A stretch of 64,000 nt of DNA from Chloroflexota bacterium (GTDB lineage Bacteria > Chloroflexota > Dehalococcoidia > Lucifugimonadales > JADFKI01). This document shows, piece by piece, positions 1 to 9,403 of the stretch. The notes beneath the pieces were generated by a model. The model did no database searches. It was not told where the DNA came from and saw nothing but the letters and a program-made list of their open reading frames with translations. The stretch is from assembly GCA_027623195.1 (NCBI GenBank), contig JAQBUT010000010.1, positions 1 to 64,000 of the forward strand. Reading direction: 5' to 3'. The position numbers and the translations under genes are program-made. Position 1 is the first letter of the stretch, and each line of letters begins with the position of its first letter.

Positions 1-123
1 TCTCGGTGACTCAGGTTTCATCACCCAAAGTCTACCTTGAGAGGCCTTCTTTTTATACTTTTCCTAGAATCATCCAAATTCGGGATGACTCATGTTTTTG
101 CTTAGCAATGGACTTCTTTGTCT

Positions 124-621
124 TTAAGTATAGTCTGCGGGTTGGGTTTCTCCGGACTCTTCTTGCTCGACGTACTTGGAGGGGCATTTTACGATGACGT
201 TTTGACCCGTGAATACGCCGTCCGGCCCAAACGTGCCCTCTAAAATAATCTCTGAATGGTCATTGAAGAAAAGGTCTGGTAGCACACCGTCGTAAGTGGC
301 ATGCATACTTTTGGCCCCGTCCGTAATCTCAAAATTGGCCAGGGTGGACCCATCCGCCCTGATGAAGGAAGGCTCTATCAGCTTGCCGTTCACGCGCACC
401 AGTTTGTTCTCAGGAGTCGGCCCGACATCGTGCAGCTCACTGACGGTGTAGTAGTAGACCGAAGCGCTTTGAAACGCCATGAAGCCGAAATAGCCCAACG
501 CCACCAGGAGCACCAACGCGCCAGCAATCAGTTTGCCCTTGCCGGCGAAGAAGCCTCCCTGGACGTCGTCCTCGAGCAGCCTTTCAGAGTACCCTTGATT
601 CATATCTGGTCCTTCAGCCAT
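124..621 (-). CDS. ccmE: Cytochrome c maturation heme chaperone CcmE, CxxxY (System I*) variant
   Basis: N-terminal TM helix, YYYTVSE, PDLF and KCPSKY motifs; lies downstream of ccmC and ccmD. Confidence 0.92.
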   Translation of the reverse strand: MAEGPDMNQGYSERLLEDDVQGGFFAGKGKLIAGALVLLVALGYFGFMAFQSASVYYYTVSELHDVGPTPENKLVRVNGKLIEPSFIRADGSTLANFEITDGAKSMHATYDGVLPDLFFNDHSEIILEGTFGPDGVFTGQNVIVKCPSKYVEQEESGETQPADYT

Positions 622-665
622 TTACCAGCCTTCCTCCGCTTCCCCAGTAATTTACAGTCGCCGAT

Positions 666-962
666 CTAGCTCTTGCTTTCCCTGTCCGCCAGCGCACGTT
701 TTAACGCTTCAATCTCTTTACTCATTTCGCGCTGTCGTCGGGATATCATGAAAATATAGCCGAAGAAAACAGCCCAGGTAATCATGTACACAGCGAACAG
801 CCATGGCAACTCTGATTCGCCGCGTAGGTTCTGCTGGACAACGCCGGAGGCATGGGCCACCTTTGCTGTGGCCGTCATCGACGCTAATAGGATGAGGGCC
901 ACAGCCGCCGAGATTCCGGTTAATCGGAGCAAGTTAATTGAATATCTGATGAACTTCATCAA
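666..962 (-). CDS. ccmD: CcmD-family heme exporter protein with N-terminal extension (start uncertain)
   Basis: Sits between ccmC and ccmE; WLFAVYMITWAVFFGY TM segment followed by a basic coiled-coil tail. Confidence 0.75.
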   Translation of the reverse strand: MMKFIRYSINLLRLTGISAAVALILLASMTATAKVAHASGVVQQNLRGESELPWLFAVYMITWAVFFGYIFMISRRQREMSKEIEALKRALADRESKS

Positions 963-1671
963 GGGCTGCTTCCGTTCGTCTCATAGAGTAGCGTTCGATC
1001 AACATATATATGTAGAGGGTAGTGAACATAAGGGTCGACACCAGTAAGGTGATGTAGATCTTCGAAGAGCCGATGGAGTCTCCTTCGTTGGCCACTGGCC
1101 CCACATTTAACTCCGGGTGTGCGGTCCGCCACCACACTGTCGCCATGTATATAATCGGGGCATCCACTGCGCCGATTAGCGCAACGACAGACCCGTAGCG
1201 AGCGCCCTGTGAACCCTTGGGGGAGTAAGCTCGCACCATGAGGTAACCCACATATATGAACCAGAGAACCAGCGTTGTGGTTAGCTTCGCGTCCCACGTC
1301 CACCACCAGCCCAGGTCGCCTCTTGCCCAAATCGATCCAGTGACCAGAATGAGGGTGGCGAACAGCACACCCAACTCTGCAGTGGAGTAGGCCATGTCGT
1401 CCCACTTCGCCTTGCCGGTGATCAGGTGCATGATGCTGGCAACTGCAACAACCATGATGGATAGCATGCCCAACCAGCCAAGTGGTACGTGGAAGTAGAA
1501 GATGCGCTGCGAGACGCCCAGGTTGAGTTCTGTGGGCACCCAGAAGAACACCATGTATAGCGTGACGGCCATCATGACGGCGCTTACAGCAAAAAGGACG
1601 TACCTGACTATGGAGCCAATGCTCCTGCCCTCGGGCCCACCAGAGGTTGTGATTTCAGTCGTACCCGTCAT
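934..1671 (-). CDS. ccmC: Cytochrome c biogenesis heme exporter CcmC
   Basis: RIFYFHVP, WWWTWDAKLT (WWD motif), WWRTAHP; multiple TM segments. Confidence 0.93.
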   Translation of the reverse strand: MTGTTEITTSGGPEGRSIGSIVRYVLFAVSAVMMAVTLYMVFFWVPTELNLGVSQRIFYFHVPLGWLGMLSIMVVAVASIMHLITGKAKWDDMAYSTAELGVLFATLILVTGSIWARGDLGWWWTWDAKLTTTLVLWFIYVGYLMVRAYSPKGSQGARYGSVVALIGAVDAPIIYMATVWWRTAHPELNVGPVANEGDSIGSSKIYITLLVSTLMFTTLYIYMLIERYSMRRTEAALDEVHQIFN

Positions 1672-1767
1672 AAGTGCAATGTATCACAAGCACTAAGGGA
1701 TTTCCACGGATATCTGGATGACAAGAATCAGGCGAGTTGGATGCAGAGGTTCTGGATAGGCAAGAAA

Positions 1768-1813
1768 TTCCCATCCTATTCCTCCCACCTTTGGGGAAGG
1801 AATAGGATGGGAA
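1768..1813 (-). terminator. Long hairpin downstream of ilvD (terminator or REP-like palindrome)
   Basis: TTCCCATCCTATTCCTCCC...GGGGAAGGAATAGGATGGGAA inverted repeat 16 nt after the ilvD stop. Confidence 0.6.
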
Positions 1814-1829
1814 AAGCCCTAGTTCGTCG

Positions 1830-3524
1830 TTAAAGGTCAGCCGTTGTTACAGCGCCAATGGATGCTGAAGACACCATCTTGGCGTATTTGGCCAGAACGC
1901 CGGTCGTATAGTTGGGCGGAGGGGCCTTCCACTCGGTGGCGCGTTGTGCCAATTCCGCATCGGAAAGCTTTACGTCCAACTGCTTCTTCCCGGCGTCCAT
2001 CACAACGATATCGCCCTCCCGCAGCAGGCCGATGGGGCCGCCCACCATGGCCTCTGGAGCCACGTGGCCAATGCATGGTCCGCGCGTCGCGCCGGAGAAG
2101 CGACCGTCAGTAATTAGCATAGTCGTTTCGCCCAGGCCCGCGCCCATGATGGCACCCGTCACCGAGAGCATCTCCTGCATTCCGGGGCCGCCTTTGGGGC
2201 CTTCGTAGCGAATGATGAGTACGTCGCCGTCCTTGATGTCGCCGTTTACAACGGCGTCGAAGGCCGCTCGCTCGCCGTCGAACACCCGCGCTGGTCCTTC
2301 GTGCTGCACATGCTTGGTGCCTGCCACCTTGATGACCGCACCGTCAGGAGCCAGGTTGCCCTTTAGGATTACCAGGCCTCCGGTGGCGCTACGCGGAGAC
2401 GAAGCCGGGTATATAACTCGACTATCGGGCTTGGTGGTGAACTCCTGTAGATTTTCGGCGATGGTCTTGCCTGTGACAGTCAAGCAGTCGCCGTGGAGAA
2501 GTCCTGCCTCCAGAAGCTGGTTCATGATTACCGGAACGCCGCCCGCCTTGTCCACGTCAGCCATAACATACCGCCCCGCTGGTCGTAGGTCGGTCAAGTA
2601 AGGGGTGCGGTCGCCAATCTCGGTGAAGTCGTCTATGGTCAGCGGCACGTTGGCTTCGTGGGCTATGGCCAGCATATGCAGCACCACGTTGGTGGAGCCG
2701 CCCATGGCCATCGCCACAGTAATGGCGTTCTCGAAGGCTTTGCGAGTCATGATATCCCGAGGATTGATTCCCTTCTCCAGCATGTTCTGGAGTACCTGAC
2801 CGGCCCTTGTGGCCATATCCTCATTTCGTGGGTCCACCGCCGGTATGGATGCCGCGCCCGGTATGGACATCCCCATGGCCTCGATGGCCGACGACATTGT
2901 GTTGGCAGTGAACATACCTGAGCATGCACCCTCGCCTGGGCAGGCCACCCGCTCCATGGCAATCAACTCTTCGATACTCAAATTGCCCCTGGAATACGCA
3001 CCGCATGCCTCGAACATGTCCTGGATGTTGATGTCGTCGCCCTTGTAGCTGCCGGGCAATATTGCGCCGCCGTAGAAGAAGAGAGACGGGACGTTGAGAC
3101 GGGCCATGGCCATCATTGCGCCTGGCATGTTCTTGTCGCAGGCTGCTACGACTATCAGGCCGTCCATGCCCTCTCCGAAGGTCACGGTCTCGATTGAGTC
3201 GGCAATGACCTCTCGACTGACCAGAGACGCCTTCATGCCTTCGGTTCCCATGGAGATCCCGTCGCTGATGGTGATGGTGCCGAACATAAAGGGCACGCTA
3301 TTGGCATCTCGGACTCCTTGCTTGACCTTATGCGCCAGCCTGTCCAGGTGCACGTTGCATGGAGTAACGTCGCTGGCCAGATTGGCAATTGCCACGAAGG
3401 GCTTGTTGAAGTCGTCGTCCTGCAGGCCTACCGCCCGCAGCATGGAACGTGCTGGCGCCCTGTCAGGCCCGTCCACTACCACTTTGCTTTTATGCCGGGG
3501 GTCTTGCCTCGTCTCTGTTGACAT
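1830..3524 (-). CDS. ilvD: Dihydroxy-acid dehydratase
   Basis: [43 protein letters not shown] and TDGRFSG motifs; SD AGGAG. Confidence 0.95.
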   Translation of the reverse strand: MSTETRQDPRHKSKVVVDGPDRAPARSMLRAVGLQDDDFNKPFVAIANLASDVTPCNVHLDRLAHKVKQGVRDANSVPFMFGTITISDGISMGTEGMKASLVSREVIADSIETVTFGEGMDGLIVVAACDKNMPGAMMAMARLNVPSLFFYGGAILPGSYKGDDINIQDMFEACGAYSRGNLSIEELIAMERVACPGEGACSGMFTANTMSSAIEAMGMSIPGAASIPAVDPRNEDMATRAGQVLQNMLEKGINPRDIMTRKAFENAITVAMAMGGSTNVVLHMLAIAHEANVPLTIDDFTEIGDRTPYLTDLRPAGRYVMADVDKAGGVPVIMNQLLEAGLLHGDCLTVTGKTIAENLQEFTTKPDSRVIYPASSPRSATGGLVILKGNLAPDGAVIKVAGTKHVQHEGPARVFDGERAAFDAVVNGDIKDGDVLIIRYEGPKGGPGMQEMLSVTGAIMGAGLGETTMLITDGRFSGATRGPCIGHVAPEAMVGGPIGLLREGDIVVMDAGKKQLDVKLSDAELAQRATEWKAPPPNYTTGVLAKYAKMVSSASIGAVTTADL

Positions 3525-3679
3525 TCGAATCTCCTGTACGTTAGTAATCAGTTATTGGTCGACAGTCACGCCAGCCTTATCGATGTGGGCTTGTGACCGA
3601 TTATGGCTTTGCCAGTAGACCTGGTCGGTAAAATCGCCTGATTATAGCAGGGCAGGGTATATGGTGGAAGTTTCCGAAT

Positions 3680-3715
3680 AAAAAAATAGGGAGCGCGGAC
3701 TTCCGCGCTCCCTAT
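3680..3715 (-). terminator. Intrinsic terminator of the small 61-aa gene
   Basis: ATAGGGAGCGCGGA-CT-TCCGCGCTCCCTAT inverted repeat with a T7 tail on the minus strand. Confidence 0.85.
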
Positions 3716-3740
3716 AAAATATCTCCGGGTTGGTCGGAGT

Positions 3741-3926
3741 CTAGGCAGGCTTGTGTTTCTCAATCAAAGCTACAGCTCTGCTGTCCAGGTTTTCCATCGC
3801 CCGACCAGAGTCGAACAGTGCGATACCCAGGTCCACATCTCTGTGAAGCTTTTCGTAGTCGGGCTTACCTCGCCATTCCTGATCCAGGTCTGAGAATAGG
3901 TTATCTATCTGCGCTTTGTCGAACAT
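3741..3926 (-). CDS. Small hypothetical protein (61 aa)
   Basis: Strong SD (AGGAGGTG) before ATG, own terminator, natural helical composition. Confidence 0.75.
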   Translation of the reverse strand: MFDKAQIDNLFSDLDQEWRGKPDYEKLHRDVDLGIALFDSGRAMENLDSRAVALIEKHKPA

Positions 3927-3957
3927 CCGCTATCCACCTCCTACTTAATATAGGGCA

Positions 3958-3995
3958 TAACAAAGGGCCGACCTGCCTGACGGCGGACCGGCCCT
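3958..3995 (-). terminator. Terminator of the reductive-dehalogenase-like gene
   Basis: AGGGCCG...CGGCCCT stem followed by TTTGTTT on the minus strand. Confidence 0.65.
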
Positions 3996-4037
3996 AATTT
4001 TACCTTAGGTTATCAACAACCAAACCGATGCGGTAGA

Positions 4038-5309
4038 TTACTCGTCGCCTCGGGTGGTGTGGCCGGCGTCAACAATCTTCTTCAGTTCAACTGCGAAGTC
4101 CATGATCTCTTCAGTTGAAAGCATTTCCTTGTCGAGCCTTTCCTTGAACTGCTCAAACAGCCAGTCAGACTTCGTTCCGTGAGGAATTTCGAAGAACTGA
4201 CGATTGAACTGCGGGAGCTCACCAGGGCCGAAATACGTGCCGTCCTCGAAGGCGTAGCCCTCCAGGTTGTGGGAGTCCTTACCAAGGATTCCTCCGCCAG
4301 TCTCGACGTAGTGCTTCATGACTTCAGGCATGCCGTACTTCTGGATGGGGCAAACCTTCATGCAGACGCCGCAACCCTCGTATCGGGCCATTACTGGTCG
4401 GCACCGCTCGTAGATCAGCTTGTTCTTCTCTGCGCCGCGCCACCATACCTTCTGCTTTACCAGGGCTCGGCCAGGGCAGCGGTTTACGCATACCTGACAT
4501 TCCTGACAGAACTGGTGTACGCCGTAGTCGATTGGCTCGTCGTACATCGTGGGTGCGTCGGTCGTGATCATCGCCAATCGGGCACGGGAGCCGAAGTGAG
4601 GCGAAAGAAGCTGGCCATTGGCGCCAAGCTGGCCAAGTCCGGCGGCTACGAACATAGGAATGTAGGCGCCACTGTTGTCATTGGGGCTATGCACCTGGGC
4701 GTGGTAGCCAAGGCTTCGAATGTAGTCTGCAAGGTCCAGGGCCAATGCGCCTTCGATCTCGTAGGTACCGAAGTGGGCAAACTCAGCCTGCAGGCTGGGG
4801 ATGCTCTGAGTCTGAGTGTAATCCTGCTCAAGGGCTAGGCATATTACGTGCTCGTATTTAACCCAGCGCTTCTTGCTAGCGTAGGCATATTTGTGGTCGA
4901 ATTTGGCGAATCCAACCTCGCCGAATCCAAGCTCGCGGCCCTTGAGGCGGATCATTTCCGTAAGACCTGCGTCCAAGTCGGAATCCACAGTGCCTGTTGG
5001 GGCAATGTCACCACTGGTTAGAGCGGCGCTCACCAACGGCTCATTTAGCTCGTCGTGGCGCGCGCGGTACTTTAGGATGTCTTCGGTGTAAACGGTCCAG
5101 ACCCATTCTCGGTCTGCGGCCTTTTCGATATTCTGGGATTCGATCGGATATACGCGGCTGTAGAAGGCTACGTCTTCCTCTTTCTGAGGAATTCCCGGCA
5201 CTGTGGCCAGCGCATCCGCCACCGGAATGATAACGTCAGCATCACCATGTTTTCGTCCCGGCCGTGTGACAACATGGCTTACAGTTTTCCTAGCTTCCTC
5301 TTTCAGCAT
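4038..5309 (-). CDS. Reductive dehalogenase / QueG-like corrinoid and 2x[4Fe-4S] protein
   Basis: AAGLGQLGANG...FGSRARL...TD core; FCQECQVCVNRCP and C...CGVCMKVCP clusters; ATG at 5309 has SD GGGAGG. Confidence 0.8.
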   Translation of the reverse strand: MLKEEARKTVSHVVTRPGRKHGDADVIIPVADALATVPGIPQKEEDVAFYSRVYPIESQNIEKAADREWVWTVYTEDILKYRARHDELNEPLVSAALTSGDIAPTGTVDSDLDAGLTEMIRLKGRELGFGEVGFAKFDHKYAYASKKRWVKYEHVICLALEQDYTQTQSIPSLQAEFAHFGTYEIEGALALDLADYIRSLGYHAQVHSPNDNSGAYIPMFVAAGLGQLGANGQLLSPHFGSRARLAMITTDAPTMYDEPIDYGVHQFCQECQVCVNRCPGRALVKQKVWWRGAEKNKLIYERCRPVMARYEGCGVCMKVCPIQKYGMPEVMKHYVETGGGILGKDSHNLEGYAFEDGTYFGPGELPQFNRQFFEIPHGTKSDWLFEQFKERLDKEMLSTEEIMDFAVELKKIVDAGHTTRGDE

Positions 5310-5350
5310 ATATTTTATCGCCTCCCGCAATTTTTACCGTATTGTGGGCG

Positions 5351-5379
5351 AGTTTACCCCTTAAAGCGCACTATGTCAA
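5351..5379 (-). promoter_or_regulatory. Sigma70-type promoter of the rdh-like gene
   Basis: TTGACA-17 nt-TAAACT on the minus strand with an AT-rich upstream (UP-like) tract. Confidence 0.75.
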
Positions 5380-5475
5380 GAATAAATAAACAGAATTTTA
5401 ATTTCCGATTTCGTTTAATAACTTTTAATAGAAATTATGCGTTTAATCTGCCATTTTCCCAGTCGGATTTTCCTG

Positions 5476-6519
5476 TTAAATGGGACCAATGGGAGATTCA
5501 GAAAGACGATTCCTCTTCTTGGAGGTTATATGCATGATTAGAAACAGTAAGCCACCCAGTGCTATCACGCTAAGGTAGGTAATGGAACGGTCCACCAGGA
5601 CTATGGAAACAGCCTCACTTCTTTCCAGGCTTATAAGTAGAAGGCCGATGATACCGGGCTCCACGACGCCCAAGCCGCCGGGTGTGGGCACAGCGCTCAG
5701 GATTGCGTGTCCCGCCGCCGCGATTGGTATGAGGGCCAGGGGCGCATCCACCCCTAATGCCGCGACGACGAAATATAGGCGGCCGATTTCCAAGGCCCAC
5801 CCAATGAGGCCCAACAGAAACACGGCCGGCAGTTGCTTGAAGCTGCCCAATGTTCCCTGCTGAAAACGGGTGTATGCCGTTTCGAATCGCTTTGGGAGGA
5901 GTTGTGCCAGACGCTGGCCGTAGTAACGCATTGCCAGCAGGAGCACAAGAGAAATTCCAAGGCCTGCCAGGGCAGCAAGCAACAACAGCCTGGCAGTCTT
6001 GTCTTCATGAGTTATCGTCAATGCGGCGATGCTAATCACCAGCACTACCAAAATTGTGGCGATATCGGCGATACGCTCCGCCAGAATGGTACCCAGGCTC
6101 CAGGAGAAGCTGCCCTTGGATTCGTGGGCGAAGAGGTAAGCCCTGTAGGCGTCGCCCAGGCGCAGCCACATCACGGAGTTCACGAACCAACCTATGAGGA
6201 TGAACTGAGCCGAGAGGAAAGTTGAAGGCACCTTGCCTTCATCGGACGTTAATGCGCCAGTGTTTCGGGCCAACAGTTGCCATCGCATTCCCCGAAACCA
6301 GAAGCTGGCGAAATACATGCCAATGGCCGCGAGGTACATCCATATGTTTATGCTGCGGATGCTTGCCCATGTAGCCTCCCAGTCCAGGCTAAATCTGCTC
6401 ATAAGGAAAATAAGCAGCACTGCGACGACCGCAAATGACAGCAGGGAAGGCAGAGACAAGAAACGCCTCTTAAGGGAAACGCCCTGCGGCCGGAGAGACT
6501 TAGGTTGCGATGATTCCAT
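5476..6519 (-). CDS. Lysylphosphatidylglycerol synthase TM / UPF0104 flippase-like membrane protein
   Basis: RGMRW, RLGDAYRAY, ERIAD, PTPGGLGVVE and DR motifs; polytopic. Confidence 0.85.
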   Translation of the reverse strand: MESSQPKSLRPQGVSLKRRFLSLPSLLSFAVVAVLLIFLMSRFSLDWEATWASIRSINIWMYLAAIGMYFASFWFRGMRWQLLARNTGALTSDEGKVPSTFLSAQFILIGWFVNSVMWLRLGDAYRAYLFAHESKGSFSWSLGTILAERIADIATILVVLVISIAALTITHEDKTARLLLLAALAGLGISLVLLLAMRYYGQRLAQLLPKRFETAYTRFQQGTLGSFKQLPAVFLLGLIGWALEIGRLYFVVAALGVDAPLALIPIAAAGHAILSAVPTPGGLGVVEPGIIGLLLISLERSEAVSIVLVDRSITYLSVIALGGLLFLIMHITSKKRNRLSESPIGPI

Positions 6520-6610
6520 ACAGGTTGTCTATTTGCTCGTATTTACAGATTGTGTGAGAAGGGTGAAACCTCGCAGGCCCCCTTGTGGAAGCCCGGCGTG
6601 AAGAGAATTT

Positions 6611-6631
6611 ACCGTTCGTGTTGAGCCTGTT
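6611..6631. repeat. REP-like family A half copy (degenerate)
   Basis: ACCGTTCGTGTTGAGCCTGTT resembles the CCGTTCGTCCTGAGCCTGTCGAAGG consensus seen at 10439, 16612 and 25951. Confidence 0.55.
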
Positions 6632-6664
6632 GGGCCATGCGGGCTTTTGGCTTCACTAACGTTC

Positions 6665-7423
6665 TTACAAAGGCCTCTTGGCAGGGATGCCCGGCCTTCT
6701 GGGATACCTTTCGGGTGTCGGACTGGTCTTTTCTATCACGACCAGAGCCCTGTTCTCCAGACCCTTTTGGGCCACAGGTATGATCTTTTTCAGCTCACCT
6801 CCCAAAGATTGGAAGGCGTGCGACGCGGCGGCTATTTCGTCCTCGGCATTGATAAGCTTTTGCGCGATTACGAACCCGCCGACACGGGCAAACGGGAGGG
6901 TAAGCTCGGCCAGCACAGCCATGTTGGCCACGCCTCTGCCAAATACCAGGTTATAGCCTTCACGATGCTCCGGAACTCGGGCCAAGGTTTCCGCACGGTC
7001 GGTAATCACCGTTATGCCGTCCAAAGCCAACACGTCTATAAGGTGTGTAAGAAAAGCCGTTTTCTTGGCCGTGGAGTCCAGCAGTGTGCCCCGAATACCT
7101 GGGTAGGCGACACGAATTGGAATGCCTGGGAAGCCGGCCCCCGCGCCAACGTCCAGAAAAGCACCGCCCGATTTCATATCATCGGGAATTGCCAGGCACA
7201 CCGAGAGCGAGTCTAGGAAGTGCTTTGTTAACACCTCGTGCCACTCCGTGATGCCGGTTAGATTGACGCGACTGTTCCATTGGATTAATTCTTCGTAGTA
7301 GGTATGGAACTGCGTAAGCTGTGTGCCAGTAAGGTTAACGCCCAGCGCCACGGCCGCCTGAGCCAGTGGCTGCATGAGTTCGTTTATCTCGGCTTCCGTC
7401 TTTAATTCGGTGGGGTAAGTCAA
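6665..7423 (-). CDS. rsmG: 16S rRNA m7G527 methyltransferase RsmG (GidB)
   Basis: WNSRVNLTGI, KHFLDSL, DVGAGAGFPG, YPRRPGIP; TTG at 7423 has SD AAGGA (alternative ATG at 7375). Confidence 0.93.
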   Translation of the reverse strand: MTYPTELKTEAEINELMQPLAQAAVALGVNLTGTQLTQFHTYYEELIQWNSRVNLTGITEWHEVLTKHFLDSLSVCLAIPDDMKSGGAFLDVGAGAGFPGIPIRVAYPGIRGTLLDSTAKKTAFLTHLIDVLALDGITVITDRAETLARVPEHREGYNLVFGRGVANMAVLAELTLPFARVGGFVIAQKLINAEDEIAAASHAFQSLGGELKKIIPVAQKGLENRALVVIEKTSPTPERYPRRPGIPAKRPL

Positions 7424-7500
7424 ATGGGTTTTCCTTACGGCTAATTGTATCACCGAGCATTCGACTGTCCAGCGGTATGGAAGGCCGCTCCGGAACTTTG

Positions 7501-7529
7501 TTGACACTTGGTTCGTCCTTGGTTAGACT
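7501..7529 (+). promoter_or_regulatory. Sigma70 promoter of the thiamine salvage operon
   Basis: TTGACA-17 nt-TAGACT directly upstream of the TPP aptamer. Confidence 0.75.
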
Positions 7530-7557
7530 TGGGCCAGCAATCCATAATATAGATAGT

Positions 7558-7656
7558 TACACCCGGGGGGAGCTTGGTTACGCCAGGCTGAGAGGCTCCG
7601 ACATATCGGAGCGACCCCAAAAACCTGATCTGGGTAATGCCAGCGGAGGGATGGAT
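7558..7656 (+). ncRNA. TPP riboswitch (thi-box)
   Basis: GGGGAGC...GCTGAGAGG...GACCC...AACCTGATCTGGGTAATGCCAGCGGAGGGA consensus upstream of thi salvage genes. Confidence 0.95.
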
Positions 7657-7672
7657 GATCCCGTGGACTTGA

Positions 7673-7702
7673 GGCCGCCCAGATTAATGGGCGGTTTTTT
7701 TT
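7673..7702 (+). terminator. Riboswitch-controlled intrinsic terminator
   Basis: GGCCGCCC-AGATTAAT-GGGCGGTT followed by a T run just before the first gene. Confidence 0.85.
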
Positions 7703-7738
7703 ATGGCAGTAGATGCGCAAAGTCCAGAGGGGTTGACG

Positions 7739-8536
7739 ATGAACGCAGAAGCGGCTGAATCCAGTATTCAGCCTGCGATTCAGGTCCAGGGGGTGTCCAA
7801 GAGCTTCATGCAGAGCGGCACGCCGCTGGCGGTGCTTAAAGGCGTCGACTTCTACGCTTCCGACGGTGAGCTCGTCAGCGTCATAGGCCCCAGTGGGTGT
7901 GGCAAGAGCACCCTCCTGAATATCATCGCTGGCCTGGACCAGCCATCGGAGGGCTCAATCTCCCTGAATGGTCGCGTGGAAGAGCGCCGTCTGGGCGAGG
8001 TCGGCTACATGCAGCAGCGTGATCTCCTGATGCCCTGGCGTTCGGTTCTGGACAACGCCATTATCGGCCTGGAGCTGCAAGGCGTATCGAAGAGCGAGGC
8101 CCATGCGCGGGCACGCGCCCTATTGGAAGAGTTTGGCCTGACTGGGTTTGAGAACGAGTATCCACATGCCCTGTCTGGCGGCATGCGGCAGCGAGCGGCC
8201 TTTCTGCGCACCGTCCTGGCAGATCAAGAAGTCTTCCTTCTGGATGAGCCCTTCGGCGCTCTGGACGCCCTGACTCGTTCGCAGATTCAGGAGTGGCTGT
8301 TGGGCATGTGGCGGCGTGTCCAGAAGACGATTGTGCTAGTCACCCACGATGTGGATGAGGCAATATTCCTTTCAGATCGCGTCTACGTAATGTCTAGCAG
8401 GCCCGGTCGTATGAAGCTAGTCCAGGTGATAGACCTGGCCCGTCCTCGTCATGCCGAAATGGTCACTCAACCAAGATTCGTTGAACTGAAGGCTCAGCTT
8501 CTAGCCTCGGTGCGTAGCGAGGTGACCGATGTCTAG
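7739..8536 (+). CDS. thiZ: ABC transporter ATP-binding protein (ThiZ-like, HMP/FAMP uptake)
   Basis: Walker A GPSGCGKS, LSGGMRQR, LLDEPFGALD; TPP-regulated; ATG 7739 preferred (SD GAGGGG). Confidence 0.85.
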   Translation: MNAEAAESSIQPAIQVQGVSKSFMQSGTPLAVLKGVDFYASDGELVSVIGPSGCGKSTLLNIIAGLDQPSEGSISLNGRVEERRLGEVGYMQQRDLLMPWRSVLDNAIIGLELQGVSKSEAHARARALLEEFGLTGFENEYPHALSGGMRQRAAFLRTVLADQEVFLLDEPFGALDALTRSQIQEWLLGMWRRVQKTIVLVTHDVDEAIFLSDRVYVMSSRPGRMKLVQVIDLARPRHAEMVTQPRFVELKAQLLASVRSEVTDV

Positions 8537-9353
8537 CAACAGGCCTCGTGTCGGGGTGCTTGGCATGATCAAAGGCTTCAGCTTCAGTTGGCTGCCTTCC
8601 TTATTGATAATCCTGGCGCTGTTGGCGTTGTGGGAGGGTTACGTCCGCATATTCGACGTGCAGAAATGGCTACTGCCTTCACCCGTGGTTATCGCAGCTA
8701 CGTTGGTCGAAAGTGCCGCGCTCCTCAGCCGCCACGCCTGGGTAACCCTCGTAGAGGTGCTGGTAGGCTTCGGACTAGCGCTGGCCTCCGGGGTTGCGCT
8801 AGCCTCGATGATCGCCTTCTCTCGCACCCTGGAGCGGGCAATATACCCCTTCGTCATCGCGTCTCAGACGATACCGATCATAGCGGTGGCCCCGCTGCTC
8901 CTTATTTGGATTGGGTATGGTCTTGCGCCCAAGGTAATCGTGGTGGCCCTGATCGCATTCTTTCCCATAGTTGTAAATATGGTGGACGGCCTGAAGTCGG
9001 CGGACCCGGATATGGTGAGCCTGATGCGGACGCTGGGCGCAAACCGTCGAGACATATTCATGAAAGTGCAGTTTCCATCATCGCTGCCTTTTTTGTTCTC
9101 AGGCACCAAGATCGCCATGACGTTCAGCGTAATAGGCGCTGTCATTGGTGAGTGGGTAGGGTCCAGCGCCGGCCTGGGCTATCTGATGATTCGCTCCAAG
9201 CCTCAGTTCCTCACAGAGCGGGTTTTTGCGGCCATCGTGGTGCTATCGGCAATGGGCATTCTTCTTTTCTTGTTTGTGGGACTGGTGGAGAGGCTGGTTA
9301 TACCCTGGTGGCACACGGAGCGCCGCAAACGGGCGCTTGAAAATTCGGGATAA
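8529..9353 (+). CDS. thiX: ABC transporter permease (ThiX-like)
   Basis: SsuC/TauC-type permease with LPSP and GAVIGEW...GLG motifs. Confidence 0.85.
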   Translation: MSSNRPRVGVLGMIKGFSFSWLPSLLIILALLALWEGYVRIFDVQKWLLPSPVVIAATLVESAALLSRHAWVTLVEVLVGFGLALASGVALASMIAFSRTLERAIYPFVIASQTIPIIAVAPLLLIWIGYGLAPKVIVVALIAFFPIVVNMVDGLKSADPDMVSLMRTLGANRRDIFMKVQFPSSLPFLFSGTKIAMTFSVIGAVIGEWVGSSAGLGYLMIRSKPQFLTERVFAAIVVLSAMGILLFLFVGLVERLVIPWWHTERRKRALENSG

Positions 9354-9403
9354 GAAATTTTAGTCGGCATATGTTGGTGTTTAATTTTAGGGGGGAGACA
9401 GAA

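Noticed and set aside
3525..3650. ilvD leader as an attenuator or riboswitch (hairpins, GGCAAAGCC and CGTGACTG motifs)
   Set aside because: No leader peptide, T-box or terminator; only fragmentary similarity to c-di-GMP-I and ZTP consensus
7424..7507. N-terminal extension of rsmG in the ORF track
   Set aside because: Overlaps the divergent promoters; a better SD precedes TTG 7423
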